Positions 55,553 to 64,000 of a stretch of 64,000 bases of DNA are shown in pieces. Every line of letters begins with the position of its first letter. The stretch's first letter is position 1. The DNA is from the human T2T-CHM13v2.0 reference genome, Homo sapiens: the NCBI RefSeq assembly GCF_009914755.1, contig NC_060925.1; one strand, 5' to 3'. The translations under genes were made by a program, and so were the position numbers. The notes under the pieces are model-generated. The model did not search any database. It was given only the letters and a program-made list of their open reading frames with translations, and had not been told where the DNA came from.

Positions 55553-57710
55553 TGCTTAGCTCGGTAGTGAAAACATATTTGACTAATTTGTTTATTCTCT
55601 TCCTACTAATCAAATATCCAAACTGCAGGAGCCCTGTGTTTCATTAACTTTACACCTGCTGCACTTGCCCTCTAGACACAAAACAATATTTTATTCCCAT
55701 TCAAGGAATACCCTGCTCCTCTCCTCCCTCATGCCACCATTTCATATCCACCAGGGGTCCACATTTGCCACTGAAGCCTGTCGCCATTCCTGTAATGATA
55801 GTACCACTGTTTACCTCAGTGACACACACTATGTTTACAAGATTGTTCCTGAGTGCCATAGGGCCAAAATTAGCTATTTTTCCAGGGGAAAAGACTTCAA
55901 ACTCATTATCTTTAGGAAATGCAAAATCTATTTAGCTAGAAAAACCTAGGAAATTTAGTAGTTTCTGAACATTGGCATCAAGTATTAAAAACAGAAACAA
56001 GACCTTCACTAGGTAAATAACCAGCCTCACTAAGCAGTGAGTCAACACAACTTTGGACCTACTGAATATGACAAATGAGATCTAGGTAGGGCTGTCAAAG
56101 AGAAATGGGCAGAAACGGAAGTCTGGCCACCCAGAAGGCAGAGGGTAGGGTGGGTCTGGTGAATTTCAAAAAGAGCTCAGAAATCTGTTGGATCAAATAT
56201 TAGACATACAGGTCGATATCAGTCTTGATTCTTTAAATCTGTCTGCCTGTGGCAAAAATTCCAGGCAGCTGGGAAGGGACAGACAGACATGATCTAGTCT
56301 CTGATGAGAGGAGGAGGCAGGAAATAGTTAAGTTGGTCTAGTATGATCACACTTTCAACAAAACAAGAAGGATTTCTCAGGAACACTGGCAACTGAATTT
56401 TGATTTAATAATTTGGACATTTAAGTTTGTAATCTTACCAAAACAGAGCACTGAGGTATATGGAATTTGAGCCCCAACTTCCCACACCTATAGTTGTATT
56501 GTAGGTTTACAACCTCACTGTGGTTTCAAGGTAGGGAGAGTGTACTTCCGTACCCCTTAACTTTGAATCTTGCCATTTGACTTCCTTTGGCCAGTAAGAT
56601 GTTGGTGAACATGGTTCAGACAGAGACATTCAGATATGTTTGTGCCTTTGGGCTTATATCCACACAGCGTGGTAGCCTGCCACGAGCAGAACATGCTCCA
56701 AGTTCTTCCTTGCCCTCAGCTCGTGTCTGAGAGGGAGGCACATGGAGCCAACCACATGTCCTGGCCGGTTCCTAAATTAAGAGGCATGAGAGGCATGTGG
56801 AGCCACACTAAACCCTTACGAGCCTGGAGTCGAGCCAAGCTCAACTATATTGCACTCAACCCACAGACCTGAAACTACACATTTTGGCTTTTTCAGCCAA
56901 TGAGCGTTGAGTATTTTTATGCATCATTATTGTGGAACTTGCTGACTAACACTGAAAATGGGGTACTGCCATAACAAGAACCAAAATTTCTGGAATTAGT
57001 TTTGATAATAAGAGGCAGAAATCAAGCCAACTGCCATGGAAGGCTAAACAATGGTAACCCACACACCATGTAGTGGAAAAGCATTTGGTAAAACTGCTTG
57101 CCTTTGGGACTCTGGAAAAAGAAAACATACCTAAAAAACTTTTAGTTTTGGGTGAGGAAGTATGAAGGAAGAATGTTGAAAGCAGAAACTGGTTGCTACT
57201 AGATGAGCTTCGTGAGGTACTGCAGGTAAGAAGAGAGAAACTCAGCAAAGAACCAGCCAGTTTGCAAACAGAACTGAGAAGGATATTAGGGAGTTCAGAA
57301 ATTGCAGGGCAGAGTTATACAATGAAATTGTTTCTTACAAAATAAAAGATGTGGCCATTATAACAGAGCCTCAGGGCGCAGACCAAACCCAAGGTGCTGC
57401 TAATATGACACAGTCTTGGAGTGAAAAGTGTGTCAAGGGTAACATCTTTTGTTAAGACATCTGAAAAGGCTTAAGATGGAAGCTAGTAGGTCTCTTCAGG
57501 TGGGCAAAGAGGCTCTTAGAAAAGGTTATAAGACTTGTTCCTACAGAAGTCTGATGTCTCAGAAGTACCCATAATTAAGTCAACTCCAAAATGGAGTTGA
57601 CTAAAATCACTTTCATAGAAAATCCACATTTGTGAGAGAGCTCTATTGGCAAAAACCCTGCCAGCCTGATGAAAAGAGACGAAGACTGTTAGAGATGTAA
57701 AAACACCTCT

Positions 57711-58003
57711 TGGGCAGGTGCTCACACCTCTAATCCTAGTGCTTTGGGAGGCTGAGGCAGGAGAATTGCTTGAGGCCAGGAGTTGGAGACCAGCCTTGAG
57801 CAACATAGTGAGACCCTATCTCTACAAAAAAAATTTTTTTTTAATTAGCGAAGCATGGTGGCACACACCTGTAGTCCCAGATACTTGGGAGGCTGAGATG
57901 GGAGTATCATTTGAGCCCAGGAGTTCCAGGTAAAAGTGAGCTATGACTGTGTCACTGCACTATAGTTTGGGCAACAGGGCAAGACCACATCTAAAAAATA
58001 AAG
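57711..58003 (+). mobile_element. AluJ
   Basis: Dimer with J diagnostics. Confidence 0.9.
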
Positions 58004-58167
58004 AACTTTGCCCTCCAATTTTCTTTCTTTTTAAAATTTATTTATTTTACAAAAGCATCAGATTAGTGAAAATTTTGTTAAAGTTATTTGTTTATTTTTA
58101 CAAAATACCCTCCAACTTTCCATAGTCAGAAAGCCTATACAGAAATCTGCTTATTGCCAAGAAGGGC

Positions 58168-58400
58168 ATATATATATATGTATATATATATATTTTTTTT
58201 TGTATAAAAATATGTGTTTATAAATATAAATGTTTTTATATATAAAACGTATCTATAATATATACTTATTTATATATTTATATATAATACATATGTTTAA
58301 ATGTGTTTTATATGTTATATAAACATATAAACTATGTACTTATATATTATATATAGTACATATTAAATATATATTACACATATATATTTGTACATAAAAT
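58168..58400. repeat. TA-rich low-complexity tract
   Basis: Degenerate (TA)n, very AT-rich. Confidence 0.9.
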
Positions 58401-59170
58401 CTTGACCTCATGAGGATCAGATTTGTTGTCAAGTGCTGCGATTGGATGAGATTTTGTGGGTCTAATGATGGAAAGTGAGTGCATTTTGAAGGTGGGGGTA
58501 TATGTTAATAATTGGGACCTATAGGGCAGACCATGGTAAATTAAATTGCTGGTCCCAATTCTTCACTCCTTGGTGGCAATATCTTATATCTACACACTTG
58601 CCATCACCATGGCCTCTAAGAGGGTGGATACACTTCCCTGCATCTTGACTTTAGTCTTTGGCATGTGGCTTGCCTTGGCCAGTGAGATGATCGTTGAAAA
58701 AATGTGAGCAGGCATTTGCTCCTATGGTTAGACTTTTACTCGTGTGCTCCAGAGAAAAACATTCCCAAAGTGAACACTTTAGCTGCTCCCTTAGACTGGG
58801 CCCAGGACTGAAACCCATGGAGCAGATTATATGCACCGGGATCTGCTGGGTTTAGACGTATGAGACACTCCATGCCTGAGCTCGGGATGGAGAAAACCTG
58901 AGTGCACTAGAAGCTTGGTGCTCAGAACTGAGAGCTCCAAGGCAGGAGTCCAGCCTATCCCAACCTGCTGACCTTTGATTATGTGAAGAAATGAGAGTTT
59001 TTTAAGCCACTGAGTTTTGGGTGTTTTGTTATCCAACATTGCTGCAATAATAGCTTGATAATACAAGTAACATTAGAGTACTATATCAAAGCTGTTTTTT
59101 AGACTAATGGCTTTAATTTCAGTGTGAGTAGCATTAGTACAGAAGCATCACACTTCCAAACTATGGTCAC

Positions 59171-59373
59171 CAGAGTGCCCAATCTTTTGGCTTCCCTGAT
59201 TCACATGGAAAGAGAAGAATTGTCTTGGGCCACACAAAAAATACACTTACACTAACGATAGCTGATGCACACACACCCAAAAAATGGCAAAACAATCTCA
59301 TAATGTTTTAAGAACATTTATGAATTTGTGTTGGGCCACATGTGGCCTGTGAGCCATGGGTTGAACAAGCTTG
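59171..59373 (+). mobile_element. MER30 hAT-Charlie MITE
   Basis: CCAATCTTTTGGCTTCCCTG...GAAGAATTGTCTTGGGCCACAC...GGGTTGAACAAGCTTG. Confidence 0.85.
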
Positions 59374-59759
59374 GTCTAGAAGCTTTCATAAGTATCTGGA
59401 ATTTCTCTGTTTGGGAATTACTATCAAAAGAAGACATGCAGCTGTATCACTAAAGTCGGTTTCAAGTCAGAAACATGAACACAAATTATCCCAACCTGAG
59501 GAAAATTAAGATGACCTTTGCATGTTCTTTTCCTCCGTGAGGTTTCTCTCCCAGCACATGCAGCCAGATGGTATTTGGTGCAGACAATGGAAGTGGCAAC
59601 CCAGATATTAACAAAAGACAAAAAGTGTTAAGCACTTAACACTAAGTTGTAGGTTCCACCAGCTTTGGTGACTGGTTACCTCTTTGAAGGCATGGTTGAG
59701 AAGCCCCAATTGCAGCTGTGCTGGTAGGACTTTTTGTTAATCATAGTTTTGATTTCTAC

Positions 59760-60745
59760 AGGCTTTTTTCTTTTTTCTCTCATTTTTCCTTTTCCTAAGC
59801 CAACTGTTTTTATTTTATGGGTGCAATATTTTTCTTGTTTCTCTGGGTATTCATTATCATTTGTTTTGTCGTTTTAGTTTTCTTCTTTTGTCTGTGCTGT
59901 CTCTGCTTTCTCCGAGTTACTTTTCTGAGGCTGCTGTGTTGGTTTTTCTCCTTTTTGTTTGAGGCTTTCTTCAAATGCTGTGGTCCTTAACTGTCCACTC
60001 CTGTATAAGAGTGAGGCACTAAAAGGCTGATTGGAAGCTCTATGTGTTTGATGGGACTGACTGACTAGTGGGCTTTCTTCCCGGGGATCACCTGGGATAA
60101 TGGGTCAGTGAACTGAACTTTTCGCTGGGGGACCATTAAATGACAGTAGGTGGAGAGTTTTTCTCCACAGGAGACCTTTCAGTTTCTCCAGAGAGGAGTT
60201 TTCAACATCTTGCCTGGGAGAGTATGTTCTGGCCTGTGTGTCATCATGGAGCAGGGTTAGAGGAAGCAAGTTGATGTGCTCTGGGTTCAATATAGAGATA
60301 CTCACTGCTCCACCTGCAGTCTCACAGTCTCAACCCACATCCCTCTCCACCCAGTGTCACAGAGTTCTAGATTTCTCCAGTTAAGTTTTTCTAGAAAATG
60401 AACCTCTGTTCCCTTGCAGGGAAGAAGAAGGAAAGTTTCTGACAGTAGAGGTTTGGGGAGGGCCAACAGCCCTGGGTACAACCCAAGTTCCCCGTTTCCA
60501 GCCTTTTTTGCCCCACATGGCACCTCTAGCTAATAAGCCTGTAGGGCCTTCTGGGGAACCCACAGCCTCACTCCCATGGGACCTCCTTGCTGAAAGGACT
60601 GACATGTAGCTCACTCCATCTCCAATTTTCCAAACTTCTTGGAAATTCCAAAAGTAAGTTTGACTCTTTCATATGCTTCTGTCACCTCTCTTATTATTTT
60701 TGCTCTTTTGGGATAATAATTTTGAACATTCTCTTTCATTTCCTT
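59760..60745 (-). mobile_element. Very old L1/HAL1-type 5' region fragment
   Basis: GAGGCTTTCTTCAAATG...AAGAGTGAGGCACTAAAAGGCTGATTGGAAGCTCT resembles L1ME 5' ends. Confidence 0.5.
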
Positions 60746-61245
60746 CTAGCAGGGCTTTGGCAAAGAAAGGACCTAAACATCCATGGTCCATTTGCCATAT
60801 TGAAGCGGAAGTCAATTTTCAACTTTTCACATATTCTCTGAAATTTCTAGTACAATAATGTATATAAAATAACCACTCAGAATAAACTTGTCAACAAACA
60901 TAGGTATGAAAACATGAATATAGCCCTATAGGTTTGTGTGGCTGTGTGTATGCATGTATGTGTGGAAGTATATCTCCTCTAAGTAGTGCCTAGGTTCATC
61001 AGGCCATATACATTTATGGAAAAATTGCAATAACTGCAAACTTCCATATATTCAGTAACTCAAGACCATTTTCAAAGTGACTCCTAGTTATTTGTTTCTA
61101 GCATTTTAGTTAAGTGTGATATGTGCCTGGAAACAAGACTCTTTTCTATAACCACTATGAGACATGCAGAGTTCCACCGCCCTGTCTGCTGTTCACCATG
61201 GCCACTGTGTTCCAGTTAAGAGAAGCCAAGAAAATGATCTCATGA

Positions 61246-61665
<420 letters not shown>

Positions 61666-63000
61666 CCTATTTTATTTTATATAGACTTCAAGTCATTACT
61701 GCTTATGCCTGGAGTCTTAAATCATGTATATGAGAACAGTTCCATCTGTCTCAGCCCTTACCTAGAGTTTCCAAAAATCTCTTATGAAAACAGGTTGCTT
61801 ACCTCTGTGGCTCATCTTCTTAATTACAGTTGCTGAAATTCAGTCCAAAGGGAGAGAGCAGATGCCATGGTTCTTGTATCCTCTGCTGTCTTCTTTCCTC
61901 TTCTCCTTCTGAGATTTACCCATTACTAAACTCTTTCACTTCCCCAGTTTTAAACAAATCCCATTGCATATGAGTGGATGCCACCACAGAAACCACCAAT
62001 TAGAGGGGTGGTTATTTAAAGTAGGAGAAGCTGTGCCTCCCATCAACCCTCCATATTGCTTGGAAGCATATGTGTGTATGTGTGTGTGTGTATTTGTGTG
62101 CACATACATGGGTGTTTCTTTCCAAATTCTCCTATGCTTGGGGCTGGTGGTTAAAGAGATAAAGACTTTCTTTGGTTCATAGTTTTCAGCAGTCTCTTTA
62201 GAGTGTTGAATAGTATAGTACATTTTCTAGATAACCCTTTTATTATTTAATTAAAATTTTCCTGCAAGGGTAAAGAAGATGATACATAACTAAAGCAAAT
62301 GTGCGTTCTGTTTGCTGAGATTAGAGATTGACATGCCTTTGGTTTGTCCTACAATGTCATGATTGAGCTGTGGGCACATGGTCCAGTTTCTCTTTAGTGA
62401 TGACACAGTAGGGCCTATAAGAAAACTAGGTAATTCTAATTCTTATGAAACCTTGGATCAATTTGAAAGAAAAATAAGAAACCAGAGGGCAAATAGGTAT
62501 GATTTTCAGTGCACTGAAAACTCCAGCAAGCAAATATTGATTTCAGTGCCTAATCCACAAATGAGTATATCGATCCTATCCTTTTTGTTGAAGGTGCCAA
62601 GTTTCATTTTCTACTCAATTGACGACTATAATTTAGGAGTAGGTGGCCTGATTAAGTGAGCTGTTGCAAGTCTAATGACTTACTTTTAAGATCCCATGGT
62701 GTGCCCTGACTTTTGAAAAATCTCAACATCCTTTAGGCCCAGAAGGATAAGGAAACTTCATTGATTCTTTTAACAGTGGTATATTAAAACATTACCAGCA
62801 ATCAAAAGGGACCTCATTAGAAAAAAATGTAAATGATGACATCCCTAGGAGGCATTTTTGTTCTCCAAATTGCTGAGCTTTTTTCTCTTGCTTCTCACAG
62901 CAGTAACTCTGATATTCCAAAGAGGAAAATGAAAAAAAGTTGCTCAAACTATCTCATGTTGGCCTTTCATGATATATTGTGACAGTTGTGGGGATGAAGT

Positions 63001-63230
63001 TGAAACTGCTTTTGCAATATCATGGCAGTAAGGGAAAGATGACATAGTTGATTCCATCTTCCTTCTGATTTTCAAGCTGTCCTTGGTCCAACCTAACTTT
63101 CGGGGGAATTTAGTTTATAGTTTAACTTAAAAGCAAGGATGATAATAGGTCCTCCCTAAAACTGATATCCTCCTTGTTCAGGGACTGAAAACACCTTTGT
63201 AAAACTAATGAGAGGTCACAAGATTATGGG
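63001..63230 (+). mobile_element. LTR8/LTR26-like LTR 5' part
   Basis: TGAAACTGCTTTTGCAA...CTAACTTTCGGGGGAATTTAGTTTATAGTTTAAC. Confidence 0.7.
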
Positions 63231-63239
63231 AGGAGGAGG

Positions 63240-63890
63240 GATGCACTTGAATGCAGGTTCCTGATATCTTTGGAAATTGTGTCATTAGAATAGAGGGAAA
63301 ACTTCCAGGATGCTCACGGAGAGATAATGCATCCATAAGGACTACTGTCCCAATATCTAGTAGAACAGGAATTAATTGCATGACCTGAACTAATAGAAGA
63401 CTGAAATAATCTTTTTATAACTTTTTGCTTAAAACGTTGCTGATTCTTGGCTCACGTCTGTAATCTTAGCACTTTGGGAGGGAGAGGCAGGTGGATTGCC
63501 TGAGCTCAGGAATTCGAGACCAACCTGGCCAACATCATGAAACCCCGTCTCTACTAAAAATACAAAAAATTAGCCGGGCATTGTGGCATGCGCCTGTAGT
63601 CCCAGCAACTTGGGAGGTTGAGGCATAAGAATCACTTGAACTCAGGAGGCAGAGGTTGCAGTGAGCCAGCCAAGATTACACCACTGCACTCCAGCCTGGG
63701 TGACAGAGTGAGACCCTGTCTTAAAAAACAAAACAAAACAAAAAACAAATGTTGCTGATTCTTTTTGTTTTGTTTTGTTTTGTTTTCAGAGTCAAGCAAG
63801 CTTCTTTTGAGTAATTTACAGTTTTTGACAATTGAGTAAATACTCCTGTGAGCAAAATTTGAAGCACATTTTTTTCTCTCTACCTGATTT
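63240..63890 (+). mobile_element. ERV1 (MER4-group) internal-like fragment containing an Alu
   Basis: GAACTAATAGAAGACTGAAATAATC...TTTTCAGAGTCAAG...ACAATTGAGTAAATACTCCTGTGAGCAAAATTTG. Confidence 0.55.
63449..63748 (+). mobile_element. AluS, slightly 5'-truncated
   Basis: TSD AAA(C/T)GTTGCTGATTCT. Confidence 0.93.
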
Positions 63891-64000
63891 TGAGGCAGGA
63901 TAGGTAGTCAAAGAAGTGATCATGTCCTTGGGACACAGCAACCATGGTGACTGTACAGTTAACACAACAAGCCTGATCATTCATGTTGTAATAGAGCTCA
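63891..64000 (+). mobile_element. ERV1 LTR start (MER51/MER57 group), cut by the window edge
   Basis: TGAGGCAGGATAGGTAGTCAAAGAAGTG...CAGCAACCATGGTGAC. Confidence 0.55.

Larger units (their letters stand above)
56495..59065 (+). mobile_element. MLT1 (G/H-like) MaLR element: LTR (about 56495-56950), internal region, LTR (about 58531-59065)
   Basis: Two homologous direct LTRs (TACTTCC...TTAACTTTG...TTTGGCCAGTAAGATG / CACTTCC...TTGACTTTAG...CTTGGCCAGTGAGATG) flanking purine-rich MLT-int-like sequence. Confidence 0.7.

Overview
Primate (human-like) non-coding genomic DNA, intergenic or deep intronic. I see no credible protein-coding exon; the listed ORFs are Alu, L1 or LTR read-throughs or chance ORFs. 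The window is mostly interspersed repeats: about 24 Alus, several old L1 fragments, L2/MIR remnants, hAT DNA transposons (MER45-, MER53-, MER30-, MER119-like) and an unusually dense set of retroviral LTRs (roughly a quarter of the window by my estimate), concentrated at about 22-30.6 kb and 45.6-59 kb. The only RNA-gene-derived feature is a 3'-truncated U4 snRNA pseudogene (25096-25160, minus). The most notable structures are: (i) a four-level nest L2>MER4>MER41A>LTR7 facing a second, oppositely oriented LTR7 and a second, oppositely oriented MER4; (ii) a complete MER45-like hAT element with TIRs and an 8-bp TSD carrying three LTR insertions; (iii) an LTR12 inserted in an Alu and lacking its NF-Y enhancer/promoter core; (iv) an Alu with a template-switch hairpin and a 53-nt pure tail; (v) an ancient LTR-int-LTR MLT1 element. 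Subfamily names come from my recall of consensus sequences and need RepeatMasker/Dfam confirmation. I found no evidence of a new protein-coding system.
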